The notes beneath the pieces are model-generated. The model worked only from the letters and a program-made list of their open reading frames with translations, had not been told where the DNA came from and made no database searches. A stretch of 64,000 nucleotides of DNA. Origin: Mobula hypostoma (Eukaryota). Positions 12,980-25,017 of the stretch are shown piece by piece. Position 1 is the stretch's first letter. Every line of letters begins with the position of its first letter. Both the position numbers and the translations under genes were made by a program. The DNA lies in assembly GCF_963921235.1 (NCBI RefSeq), contig NC_086097.1:243786001-243850000 (forward strand), read 5' to 3'.

Positions 12980-13948
12980 AACTCTTTAAATATCCTCACA
13001 ATCTTATACACCTCTATCAATTCATCTCTTATTCTCCTTTGCTCCAAAGAGAGTAGCCCTAGTTTGCTTAACCTTTCCTCATAAGATATGTTCTTTAATC
13101 CAGATGACATATAGAATACGACAGTACTGAAACGGGCCTTTTGAACCAACCAGACCAGGCCGAACTCTTAGTCTGGCTACTCCCCATCACCCTCCATGCC
13201 CCTTCTATCCATGTACTTTTCTAAATTGCTCTTAATTGTTGAAATCAAGCTCACATCCACCACTTTCACGGGCAGTTCGTTCCACACTCTCAACACCCTC
13301 TTAGGGAAGAAGTTCCCCTTCATGTTTCCTTTCAATATTTTACCTTTCACCCTTAACCCATAACCTCTAGTTATAGTCCCACCCAACCTCAGTGGAAAAA
13401 GCCTACTTGCATTTACCCTATCTATACCCTCCTTAAATCTATCAAATCTCCCCTCATTCTCCTACAATCTGGGGAATAAAGTTTTAACCTGCTCCAAACT
13501 TTCCTTACAACCAACGTCCTCAAGTCCTGGCAACATCCTTGTAAAAATTCTGCACTCTTTCAGACTTATTGACATCTTTCCTGTAGGTAGGTGATCAGAA
13601 CTGTGCACGATGCTCCAAATTAGGCCTCACCAATGTCTTATTGGTGACTTCAACTTAACATCCCAACTCCTGTACTCAATACTTTGATTAATGAACACCA
13701 ATGAGTCAAAAGCTCTCCTCACGACCCAGTCTACTTGGGATGTTTAAGATCTCTCTCATCTCTTTTGGCTTCACACATAGATTACCAATCTGATCTTCCA
13801 GAGGACAAATTTGGTCCCTTGCTATCCTATTGCTATTAACGTATCTGTAGATGCTTGAGGATTCTCCTTCACCTTGTCCGCTAGAGCAACCTCATGTCTT
13901 CTTTTAGCTCTCCTGATTTCCTTCCTAAGTGTTCCCTTGCATTTCTTA
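12980..13948 (-). mobile_element. Older CR1 fragments
   Basis: SYEERLSKLGLLSLEQRRIRD; GNFFPKRVLRVWNELP. Confidence 0.75.
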
Positions 13949-14235
13949 TTTTGTTTATTTATTTAGCGATACCACGAGGAAAAGGCCCTTCCAGCCCTTC
14001 GAGGGGCACTACCCAGCATCCCCCACCATCCCCAATTTAACCCTAACCCTATCACAGGGCAATTAACAATGACCAATTAAACCTACCTGGTGTATTTTTA
14101 GTCTGTGTGAGGAAACTGGAGGTCTCAGAGAAAATCCATGCATTCCATGGGGAGAATATACAGAAACTCCTTACAATGGATGCTGAGATTGAACTTTGAA
14201 CTCCGATGTAATACTGCTGCACTAACTGCCCTGCC
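13948..14235 (-). mobile_element. HE1/V-SINE-like tRNA SINE, decayed
   Basis: Reverse complement of the 25018-25308 family: (TAAA)n tail and cctcacacagactaaaa core. Confidence 0.6.
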
Positions 14236-14244
14236 ACTGAAGAG

Positions 14245-14728
14245 TTCAATGCTTCCATTTAATATCAGAGAATGTATACAATGTCCAAACTGAAATTCTC
14301 TTCAGTAACATCCACGAAAACAGAAGAGTACCTCAAAGAATGAGTGACAGTAAAAATGTTAGAACCCCAAGCCCCCCTTCCCCTCCCTCCTACACACAAG
14401 TAGCATCAACGCATCGACCCTCTCCCCTCCCTCTCCCCCAATTATTTCAGCAGAAAGCATCAGCACCCATCACTCACCAAGTAAGCAACAGCAAAGCCCC
14501 CAGTAGAGAACATGATCTGCAGTACAACAAAAACTAACTGTGCATCCAAAAATTCAGCATACCACAAGCTTTCTCTCTGTCTAATAAAGGGGCAGAGAGG
14601 TGTCCTTCAGCAAGAGGGGAGACAAAAACAAAACAACTCTGTTTACAGTGTTAAAGTCTGCCGCATCGCTCTTTTTTCCAAGTTCTCTGACTCGAGAATC
14701 GACAGCAAACTCCCCCCCCCCACCAAAC

Positions 14729-14765
<37 letters not shown>

Positions 14766-14935
14766 CACACTCGCCAAGTTCTGAGACCTCTGACAGCTGA
14801 CCCGCTGTTCTGTTCCCGTGACAATCCAGTCAGCAAGTCTGGCCAACAATTGACTTGTTTATAGGACCACAAAGCCTCAGAATCTTGAAGGTGTGCTGTC
14901 TTCCAGGCCACAGGCTTGAGATATCGAAAAACAGC
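14245..14935 (-). repeat. Non-autonomous repeat containing a (GACA)n microsatellite at ~14737-14764; related copy at ~35183-35575
   Basis: Shared catttaat(a/g)tcagagaa...tgtatacaat...aatgttagaacccca block with 35205-35330. Confidence 0.6.
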
Positions 14936-15041
14936 CCATCGGTTTTTCTGCCATTCCATCATGGCTGATTTATAATCCCTCTCTCCTGCCTTTTCCTCAT
15001 AACCTTAGACACTCCAATTGATCAAGAACTTATTAATTTCC

Positions 15042-16440
15042 ACCCCAGGGTTCTGAAAGAGGTGGCTGAAGAGACTGTGAAGGCATTAGTAATGATCTTT
15101 CAAGAATCACTAGATTCTGGAATGGTTCCGGAAGACTAGAAAAATTGCAAATGTTGCTCCACTCTTCAAGAAGGGAGAGAGGCAGAAGAAAAGAAACTAT
15201 AAGCCATTTAGTCTGAATTCAGTGGTTGGAAAGATGTTGGAGTCAATTATTAAGGATGAAGTCTCAGAGTACTTGGGGGCACATGATAAAATAGGCCGTA
15301 GTCAGCATGGTTTCCTCAAGGGAAAATCTTACCTAACAAATCTGTTAGAATTCTTTGAAAAAATAATAAGCAGGATAGACAAAGGAGAACTAATATCCTT
15401 GCAGGAAAGTTTGCTAGTGTACCTGTGGGTTTTAAACTAGAGGTGCAGGAGGATGGAAACCAAAGCACCAGGACAGATTGGGACAGATTTCAAGGTTATA
15501 ATGGATAAGCATAGATCTGATCCTTAGGTTCAGAATCTAATTCGTAGAAATTCCAATTTTGATGGTATTTGGCTTGTGTACTTGGATTTTCAGAAGGCCT
15601 TTGACAAGGTGGCACACATGAGGCTGCTTAACAAACTACGAGCCCATGGTATCACAGGAAATATTCTAGCATGGGTAAAGCAGTGGCTGATTGGCAGGAG
15701 GCAAAGATTAGGAATAAAGGGAGGCTTTTCTGACTGCCTGCCGATGACCAGTGGTGTTCCACAGGGGTCTGTGTTAGGACCAATTCTTTTTAGGTTATAT
15801 GTCAATGTTTTGGATGATGGAATTGATGCCTTTGTTGCAATGTTTGTAGACAACATGCAGATAGGCAGAGGGACAAGTAGCTTTGATAAAGTAGAGTGGC
15901 TACAAAAGGACTTTGATTGGGAGAATGTGCAAAGAAATGGCAGCTGGAATATAGTGCTGGGAAGTGTATAGTCATGCACTTTAGTAGAAGAAATAATATG
16001 GTTGACTATTTTCTATATGGAGAGATATCTGTGTGCCTCTCAGATATCCATCATCTGCAGGTTTTCTCAACAATCTCCTTTGGATCCTCTCTTAGAGAAG
16101 GTCTCAAAACTGATCACAATACCCCAAGTAGAGTCAGACCAATACCTTACCAAGCCTCAGAATTACATCTTTGCTCTTATATTTCATTCCTCTCTAAATG
16201 AATGCTAACATTGCATTTCCCTTCCTGACCACCGACTCAACCTGCAAGTTAACCTTTAGGGAATCCCTCACAAGGACTTCCAAGTACCTTTGTACCTCTG
16301 ATTTTTAAATTTTCTCCCCACTTAGAAAATAATCTATATCTTTATTCCTTCCACAAAAGTGCACGACCATACACTTGCCTACACTATATTCCACCTGCCA
16401 CTTTGTTCATTCTCCCAATTGGTCTAGGTCCTTCTACAGA
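15042..16440 (+). mobile_element. CR1 RT fragments (plus ~15042-16025; opposite-strand CR1 piece ~16130-16440)
   Basis: YLDFQKAFDKVAH...SGVPQGSVLGP. Confidence 0.85.
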
Positions 16441-17688
16441 CTCCCTGGAGAATTTCAAGAGGCACACACAGTCCCAGGAAGAATGTACAAACTCCTTACA
16501 GATAGCAGTGAGAATCGAACCCCTGTCTTATAGTGATGCACAAACCTTTACACTACCGTGGCCTGGAACTTCCCTCGATCTCACTCTGGTGCTACCACAG
16601 TGGTACAGAGTATCTTGGGTCAAGATTCCAGTGCTGAGGCATTCATCTGGTCTCATAAGAAATAGGAGCAGGAGTAGGCCATCCGGCCCATCAGGCCTGC
16701 CCCGCCATTCAACAAGATCATGGCTGATCTGTCCGTAAACTCAGCTCCATCTACCTGCCTTTTCCCCATAACCCTTAATTCCCTTACTATGTAAAAACCT
16801 ATCAAACTGTTTCTTAAATATACTTAGTGAGGAAGCCTCAACTGCTTCCCTGGGCAGAGAATTCCACAGATTCACCATTCTCTGGGAAAAACGGTTTCTC
16901 CTCATCTCCGTCTGAAATCTTCTCCACTGAATTTTGAGGCAATGTCCCCTAGGTCTAGTCTCATCTACCAATGGAAACAACTTTCCTACTTCTACCTTGT
17001 CTATCCCTTTCAAAATTTTGTAAGTTTCCATAAGATTCCCTCTCATTCTTCTGAATTCCTGAGAGTATAGTCCCAGGTGACTCAATCTTGCTTCATAGGT
17101 TAACCCCCTCATCCCTGGAATCAACCTGGTGAACCTCCTCTGCACTGCCTCCAAAGCCAGTATATCCTTCCTCAAGTATGGAGACCAGAACTGCCCACAG
17201 TACTCCAGGTGCGGCCTCACCAGTACCCTGTATAGTTGCAGCATGACCTCCCTGCTCTTGAATTCAATCCCTCTAGCAATGAAGGCCAACATTCCATTTG
17301 CCTTCTTAATTACCTGTTGTACCTGCAAGCCAACTTTTTGCGATTCATGAACAAGCATTCCCAAGTCCCTCTGTACAACAGCATGCTGCAATCTTTCACC
17401 ATTTAAATAATAATCTGCTCTTCTATTCTTCCTTCCAAAGTGGATGATCTCGCATTTACCAACGTTGTATTCTATCTGCCAGACCTTGGCCCACCATTTA
17501 ACCTATCTATATCCCTCTGCAGACTTTCCACATCCTCTGTACAATTTGCTTTCCCGCTCAGTTTAGAGTCATCAACAAATTTTGCTACGCTACACTCAGT
17601 TCCCTCTTCCAAATCATCAATGTAAATAGTAAACACTCACAACACGCTGGAGGAACTCAGCAGGTCGGGCAGCATCCGTGGAAAAGAT

Positions 17689-17726
17689 CGGTCGACGTTT
17701 CGGGCCGGAACCCTTCGTCAGGACTG
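17689..17726 (-). ncRNA. Minimal hammerhead ribozyme, intact core with GUC
   Basis: Minus strand: CAGTC-CTGACGA-A-GGG-TTCCGG-CCC-GAAA-C-GTC-GACCG. Confidence 0.82.
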
Positions 17727-17871
17727 TAGGGGAAGGGGCAGAGGCCCTATAAAGAAGGTGGGGGGAGGGTGGGAAGGAGAAGGCTGGTAGGTTCCAGGTG
17801 AAAAACCAGTAAGGGGAAAGATAAAGGGGTGGGGAGGGGAAGCAGGGAGGTGATAGGCAGGAAAGGTGAAG

Positions 17872-18153
17872 AAACATAGAAACATAGAAACATAGAAAAT
17901 AGGTGCAGGAGTAGGCCATTCGGCCCTTCGAGCCTGCACCGCCATTTATTATGATCATGGCTGATCATCCAACTCAGAACCCAGCCTTCCCTCCATACCC
18001 CCTGACCCCTGTAGCCACAAGGGCCATATCTAACTTCCTTTTAAACATAGCTAATGAACTGGCCTCAACAGTTTGCTGTGGCAGAGAATTCCACAGATTC
18101 ATCACTCTCTGTGTGAAGAAGTTTTTCCTAACCTCGGTCCTAAAAGGCTTCCC
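17872..18153 (-). mobile_element. Short CR1 3' end nested in the left pLTR
   Basis: (AACATAGA)n tail and KPFRTEVRKNFFTQRV; nearly identical to 10947-11230. Confidence 0.9.
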
Positions 18154-19848
18154 CTCAACACAATGGGTAGTAGAAGGAGACGGAACCAAGAGGGAGGTGG
18201 TAGGTAGCAGGGGGAGGGGGAAGAGTGACATAGGGATAGAGAAAGGGAGGGGGAGGGAATTACCGGAAGTTGGAGAATTCTATGTTCATACCAAGGGGCT
18301 GGAGACTACCTAGATGGTATATGAGGTGTTGCTCCTCCAACCTGAGTTTAGCCTCATCATGGCAGTAGAGGAGGCCATGTATGGACATATCTGAATGGGA
18401 GTGGAAAGCAGAGTTGAAGTGGGTGGCTACTGGTAGATCCTGTCTGTTTTGGCGGACGGAGCGGAGGTGCTCGACAAAGCGGTCCCCCAATCTGCGTCGG
18501 GTTTCACCGATGTAGAGGAGGCTGCACCGGGAGCACCGGATGCAATAGATGACCCCAACAGACTCACAAGTGAAGTGTTGCCTCACCTGGAAGGACTGTT
18601 TGGGGCCCTGAATGGTGGCAAGAGAGGAGGTGTAGGGACAGGTGTAGCACTTACGCTTACAGGGATAAATGCCGGGTGGGAGATCAGTGGGAAGGGATGT
18701 GTGGACCAGGGAGTCGCGGAGGGACCGATCCCTACAGAAGGCGGAGAGGGAAAGATGTGCTTAGTGGTGGGGTCCTGTTGAAGGTGGTGGAAGTTGCGGA
18801 GGATAATGTGCTGGATCCGGAGGCTGGTGGGGTGGTAGGTGAGGACAAGGGGAACTTTGTCCCTGTTGTGGTGGCGGGAGGATGGGGTGAGAGCCGAAGT
18901 GCGGGAAATGGACGAGATGCGGGTGAGGGCATCATTGATGACAGCAGAAGGGAAACCACGATTCTTAAAGAAAGAGGACATTTGAGATGTCCTGGAACGG
19001 AAAACCTCATCCTTGGAGCAGATGCGGTGGAAACGGAGGAACTGGGAATAGGGAATGGCATTTTTGCATGTGGCAGGGTGGGAAGAGGTATAGTCGAGGT
19101 AGTTATGAGAGTCAGTGGGCTTGTAGAAGATGTCAGTGGACAGTCTGTCTCCAGAGATGGAGACCGAGAGATCGAGAAAGGGGAGAGAAGTGTCCAAGAT
19201 AGACCAAGTGAATTTGAGGGTTGGGTGGAAGTTAGAAGTAAAGTCGATGAAATTGACGAGCTCAGCATGGGTGCAGGAAGCAGCACCAATGTAGGCGTCA
19301 ATGTACGGAAGGAAAAGTTGGGGAGCAGTACCAGAATAGGTTTGGAGCACAGACTGTTCCACATAACCAACGAAGAGGCAGGCATAGCTAGGGCCCATGC
19401 GAGTTCCCATAGATACACTCTTGGTCTACCCTCCGTCTGCCAAAACAGACAGGATCTCCCAGTAGCCACCCACTTTAACTCTGCTTCCCATTCCCATTCA
19501 GATATGTCCATACATGGCCTCCTTTACTGCCATGACGAGGCTAAACTCAGGTTGGAGGAGCAACACCTCACATACCATCTAGGTAGTCTCCAGCCCCTTG
19601 GTATGAAGATAGAATTCTCCAACTTCCAGTAATTCCCTCCTCCTCCCCTCCCTCATGGTTCCGCCGCCTTCTACTACCCATTGTGTTTTCCCCTATTCTT
19701 TCTTCACCTTTCCTGCCTATCACCTCCCTGCCTCCTTTCCCCCAACCCTTTTTCTTTCCCCTTACTGGTTTTTCACCTGGAACCTACCAGTCTTCTCCTT
19801 CCCACCCTCCCCTCACCTTCTTTATAGGGCCTCTGCCCCTTCCCTCTA

Positions 19849-19886
19849 CAGTCCTGACGAAGGGTTCCGGCCCGAAACGTCGACCG
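19849..19886 (+). ncRNA. Minimal hammerhead ribozyme, intact core with GUC
   Basis: CAGTC-CTGACGA-A-GGG-TTCCGG-CCC-GAAA-C-GTC-GACCG. Confidence 0.82.
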
Positions 19887-21069
19887 ATCTTTTCCACGGA
19901 TGCTGCCCAACCTGCTGAGTTCCTCCAGCATGTTGTGAGTGTTTGCTTTGACCCCAGCATCTGCAGATTATTTTATGTAAATGGTAAACAGCTGCAGGCC
20001 CAGCACCGACCCCTGCGGCACCCTACTCACCACAGACTGCCACCCAGAGAAACACCCATTTATACCAACTCTCTGCCTTCTATTGGTTAACCAATTCACT
20101 ATCCATACCAATACACTTCCTCCGACTCCATGCATCCGTATCTTATTTATAAGTCTCTTGTGCGGCACCTTATCGAACGCCTTCTGGAAATCCAAGTACA
20201 TGACATCCACCTGTTCCCCTCTATCCACTGCACTCATTATGTCCTCAAAGAACTCCAGTAAGTTTGTCAAACAGGACCTGCCCTTTCTGAATCCATGCTG
20301 CATCTGTCTAATGGAACCACTCCTTTCTAAATGTTTTGCTATTTCTTCCTTAATGACAGATTCAAGCATTTTCCCAACTACAGAAGTTAAGGTAACTGGC
20401 CTATAGTTGCCTGTCTTTTGCCTACATTCTTTTTTAAAAAGCGGCGTGACATTTGCTGTCTTCCAATCCGCCGGGACCTGCATAGAGTCTCGAGAGTTTT
20501 GATAAATGATTACCAACGCGTCTGCTATAACCTCCACCAATTCCCTCAGCACCCTGGGATGCATCAGTATTGCCGGACATCATATGGTGCATTCATGGCT
20601 GCAGTTTCAATGTAGTCCAATCACTGTGTCCTATTATCTGTACTTTTGGCCAATGCAAATAAAAATATCATACCTTATTTACTCTACTATCTTCAGGTTG
20701 ATCAAGCGTTATTTACTTAGTGATCACAAATGAGAAAATCTGCAGATGCTGGAAATCCAAGCAACACACACAAAATGCTGGAGGACCTCAACAGGCCAGG
20801 CAGCATCTAGGAAAGCATAGAACATAGAAATTTACAGCACATTACAGGCCCTTCAGCCCACAATGTTGTGCTGACCATGTAACCCACTCTAGAGACTGCC
20901 TAGAATTTCCCTAGGGCATTTTTCTATTTTTCTAAGTTCCATGGATCTATCTAAGAGGCTCTTAAAAGACCCTATTGTATCGGCTTCCACCACCACCACT
21001 GGCAGTGCATTCCACACACCCACCATTCTCTGTGTGAAAAACTTTACCCTGACAGGATAAGCTTTTAAT

Positions 21070-21520
21070 AATGTGTACATTTTGGACAGGGAGGACAGGT
21101 GGTTTGAAAGAGGGGTTAAGGAAGCTATATTTGTCAAACTGAAAAACTCATCCCTGAACAGAGTGGGTGGGGTACGATACCACCTATCAGGTAAATTGCA
21201 CATTTAGATGGAGACGTAACGTAAAGATTTTTACTCCTCATGTATATGAAAGATGCAAGTATTCTATTCTATTCCATGCAATTCCTTACACTGCAGTCCT
21301 AACGCCTCTACCCCAGTTCACAACTCCATTCATGCAAGGATGAGACTAATGGCCCTCTCATTACCTCTACGACTCTTAATGACCCTTATGTGATTGCTAT
21401 ACCCTCAGAGTTTTTTAGCCAAAAACTAACCACCACGATCAGAACTGAAGAAGCCTCTGGGATGAGTGGCAAAACAGCTTCTAGACAACACAACAAGTCC
21501 AGTTGCCCTGATTTACTACT
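21070..21520 (+). mobile_element. 3' end of a second PLE family (Penelope/Poseidon type) with its own degenerate hammerhead
   Basis: VYILDREDRWFERGVKEAIFVKLKNSSLNRVGGVRYHLS at 21073-21189 (GIY-YIG C-terminus); AGAA-CTGAAGA-AGCC...GGC-AAAA-CAGC-TTCT at 21441-21482. Confidence 0.75.
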
Positions 21521-21526
21521 GCTTGA

Positions 21527-22160
21527 TTTAAAAGCCCATGGTATTACAGGAAAGGTGCTAACATGGATAAAGCAGTGGCTGATTGGCAGGAAGCAAAGAG
21601 TGGGGTAAAAAGGGAGCCTTTACTGGTTGGCTGCCAGTGACAAGTGGTATTCCACAGGGGTCTGAGTTGGGACCGCTTCTTTTTATGCTATACTTCTGTG
21701 GCTTGGATGATAGAATTGATGGCTTTGTGGCAAAGTTTGCGGATGATATGAAGATAGGTGGAGGGGCTGGTAGTGCTGAGGAAGTAGAGAGCGAGGGGTT
21801 ACCTGGTTAAAAACCTATCAAGTGGTGGATGTGGAGAGGATGTTTCCTATGGTGGGGGAGTGTAGGACCAGAGGACACAGCCTCAGAATAGAGGGGCACC
21901 CTTTTATAATGGAGATGAGGAGAAATTTCTATAGCCAGAGAGTGGTGAACATGTGGAATGCTTTGCCACAGACAGTTGTGGAGGCCAAGTCTTTATGTAT
22001 ATTTAAGGCAGAGGTTGATAGATTCTCAATGGTCAGGGCATGAAGGGATATGGGGAGAAGGCAGGAGACTGGGGCTGAGAGGTAAAAATGGATCAGCCAT
22101 GATGAATCGATGGGCCAAATGATCTAATTCTGCTCCTATAAATTATAGTCGTATGGTCCG
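21527..22160 (+). mobile_element. CR1 fragment, internally deleted
   Basis: TSGIPQGSELGP...AKFADD, then RTRGHSLRI...WNALP. Confidence 0.85.
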
Positions 22161-22514
22161 ATAAGCACTTTATTTGTTCCTACCTACAATACACCACTTT
22201 TTTTCTTAACCAGGGCCTCCATATTTCTTGAAAACCAAGGCTTCCTACCGTTTATTCTGACAAGCACATGCAAGCTTTGTATTCTCAAAATTTCACTTTT
22301 GAAGGCCGCCCACTTATCAACCACACCTTTGCCAGAAAATTAGCCTCTCCCAATCCACACTTGTCAGATCAGTTCTGATACAGTCAAAATTGGCCTTTAG
22401 GATCTAATCCAGATAACTCACCAACTATGATATCTATGTCTAGGGTGGAATTCAATCACTCCCTACCTTGGAGTTTTGGGTCAGGAATCTGATTCAAGAG
22501 ATCCATGCTTCACA

Positions 22515-23008
22515 TCTAGTCCAAAAAAAATCCTCCCTGGCGATGAAGGGGTTAACCTATGAGGAGAGATTGAGTCGCCTGGGACTATACTATCTGGAGT
22601 TCAGAAGAATGAGAGGGGATCTTATAGAAACATACAAAATTTTGAAAGGAATAGATAAGATAGAAGTAAGAAAGTTGTTTCCATTGGTATGTGAGACTAG
22701 AACTAGTGGACATTGCCTCAAGATTCGGCGAGAAGATTTAGGATGGAGATGAGGAGAAACTGTTTTTCCCAGAGAGCAGTGAATCTATGGAATTCTCTGC
22801 CCAGGGAAGCAGTTGAGGCTTCCTCACTAAATATATTTACGATAGAGTTAGATAGATTTTTATATAGTAAGAGAATTAAGGGTTATGGGGAAAAGGCAGG
22901 TGGATGGAGCTGAGTTTACGGACAGATCAGCCGTGATCTTATTGAATGGCGGGGCAGGCTCGATGGGCCAGATGGCCGACTCTTGCTCCTATTTCTTGTG
23001 TTCTTATG
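22515..23008 (+). mobile_element. CR1 3' fragment
   Basis: GLTYEERLSRLGLY...NLWNSLPREAV; same subfamily as 16655-17120. Confidence 0.88.
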
Positions 23009-23183
23009 TAATCAGTGTCAGGGACCTCACCAAGAAGATGTGTGTCTCTGATAGCAAATGATGGGAAGCTTCAGGAGCTATAAAGGCTAAAATTCAGATG
23101 TCCGCGTTCACACAGGTGTGCACACGTATAGAAATGACTCCAGAGCTCTTCCAGCACTTCCCGCACAGGCAGACATTTTAAGG

Positions 23184-23247
23184 CAGGGGTTCCCAACCCG
23201 GGGTCCATGGTAGGGGGCCATGGCACAAGAAGGGTTGGGAAGCCCTG
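23184..23247. mobile_element. 64-bp hAT-type MITE
   Basis: TIRs CAGGGGTTCCCAACC / GGTTGGGAAGCCCTG; the 8-bp flanks match only 5 of 8. Confidence 0.6.
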
Positions 23248-23529
23248 GTCTGAGGCATACAACAAGACCTGCATTAAGAAAGGTCAAGTGAAACCTCGCA
23301 CCACCACATGATGCCAAAGTAGTCCCACCATACGAAAAGCTAAGGCAAGATGTGTCACTACCAGGAACATGCGCCTGTCAGTGGTGAAATTTTGTATGAA
23401 CATTCATGTTGAGTAAACAGTCAACGTTTCGGGCTCAAACCCTTTGACAGGACTGAAACGTCGATTGTACTCTTTTTCTAGACGTTGCCTGGCCTGCTGA
23501 GTTCCTCCGGCATTTTGTGTGTGTTACTT

Positions 23530-24125
23530 AATGATCAGTTGGGATGTTATGTTGACGTTGTATAAGATGTTGTTGAGGCCTAATTTGGAGTATTGTGAGT
23601 AGTTTTTGTCACTACCTACAGGAAAGATATCAATAAGATTGAGAGGGTACAGAAAAAAACTTTTAAGGATGTTGCCAGGACCGGAGGACCAAAGTTACAG
23701 GGAAAGGTTAAATAGGTTTAGGATTTTATTCTCTGGAGCGTAGCAGAATGAGGAATGATTTGATAGAGGTATACAAAATATAAGGGGTATAGACAAGGTA
23801 AATGCAAACAGGCCTTTTCTACTGAGGTTAGGTGTGACTAGAATTAAAGGTCATGGACTAAGGGTGAAGGGTCAGATGTTTAAGGGGAACATGAGAGGGA
23901 ATTTCTGCACTCAGAGGGACGTGTGAGTGTGGAATGAGCTGTCAGCACCAAGTGGTTGATGCAGGTTCAATTTCAAAATTTATGAGAGCTTTGGATAGGT
24001 ACAGGTATGGAGGATTATGGTCCAGGTGCAGGTAGATGGGACTAGACAGAATAATAGTTCAGTACAGACTAGATGGGCCTTAGGGCCTGTCTCTATACTG
24101 TTGTGCTCTATGATACTATGATTCT
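23530..24125 (+). mobile_element. CR1 3' fragment, decayed
   Basis: tgaggcctaatttggagtattg...tggaatgagctg...gggcctgtctctatactg and (actatgat)n-like tail. Confidence 0.75.
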
Positions 24126-25017
24126 ACGGCACAGAAACAGATCCTTCCCATCCTGCAAGGTTGCTCTGCCCAATTACACACACATAGCTAATGAACCTAC
24201 TAACTTGTATGCCTTTGGAATGTGGCAGGGCCCATAGGAAACCCACATGGCCATGTGGAGCATGTAGAAACTCCTTGGAGACAATGGCTAGAGCTGAACC
24301 CGGGTTACTGGCACAGTCAAGCGTTCTGCTACTACTCTGCCTCCGTAAGTATTGTCTTGTTGGTTTCCAGGTGGAATCTCTTAAGTGTCTTCCCGCTGTG
24401 AGGTGTTACCCTGCTGACTGCACCGACAGAAATGTTTATTTATGCAGCTGTTGATATAATTTAAAAACTGAGTACAGCTAATACGTTGGGCAGGAGTTAG
24501 AAAGTTCAAAGTTTAAAGTCCAAGTTCAAAGTTCAAAGTGCATTTAGTATTGAAGTATGTGTACAGCATACAACCTTCAGATTCATCTTCTAGCAGGCAT
24601 CCCAGAACAAAGAAACACCGTGGAACCCATTTATAGAAACCCCAAACAAGGAGACCCTCAAACGTGCGAAAAAGAACAAATTGCGCAAACAAAAAGCGAA
24701 CAAATAGCACAGAGGACATTAAACATCGATCTGCAGAGTCTGAAAAATGGAGTCCAAAAAACAAGACTGGTTCTTGCTTAATGAAAATCAGTGGTTTCTA
24801 CAGTGTAACTACAAACAATCTGCTGGAGGAATTCAGTAGTCGAATTTCAAAGTCAATTTATTATCGAAGTACATACGTCACCATATACAACCCTGAGATT
24901 TTTTTTGTGGACATACTGAATAAATCTATAATATCCCCTCTGGTTCAAGAGCCTGATGTTTGAGGCATTATAACTGTTCCTCAACCTGGTGGTGTTGGTC
25001 CTGAGGCTCCTGTCATA

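Larger units (their letters stand above)
17636..19974 (-). mobile_element. Neptune PLE, 5'-truncated, with inverted pLTRs and a 16-bp TSD
   Basis: Minus-strand RT (ORF 18583-19410) and GIY-YIG (ORF 18260-18586, VIYCIRCSRCSLLYIGET); plus-strand EN end and pLTR at ~19430-19974; TSD ATGTAAAT(A/G)GTAAACA at 17620-17635 and 19975-19990. Confidence 0.93.
16655..20563 (-). mobile_element. CR1 LINE split by a PLE insertion (CR1 parts 16655-17635 and 19975-20563)
   Basis: ORF 19968-20564 ends LQLFTIY; the left part resumes FTIYIDDLEEGTECSVAKF and continues into ORF 16741-17391. Confidence 0.93.

Noticed and set aside
18676..19632. 318-aa plus-strand ORF as a novel protein
   Set aside because: It is the antisense frame of the PLE RT fused across the inversion junction to the EN C-terminus.
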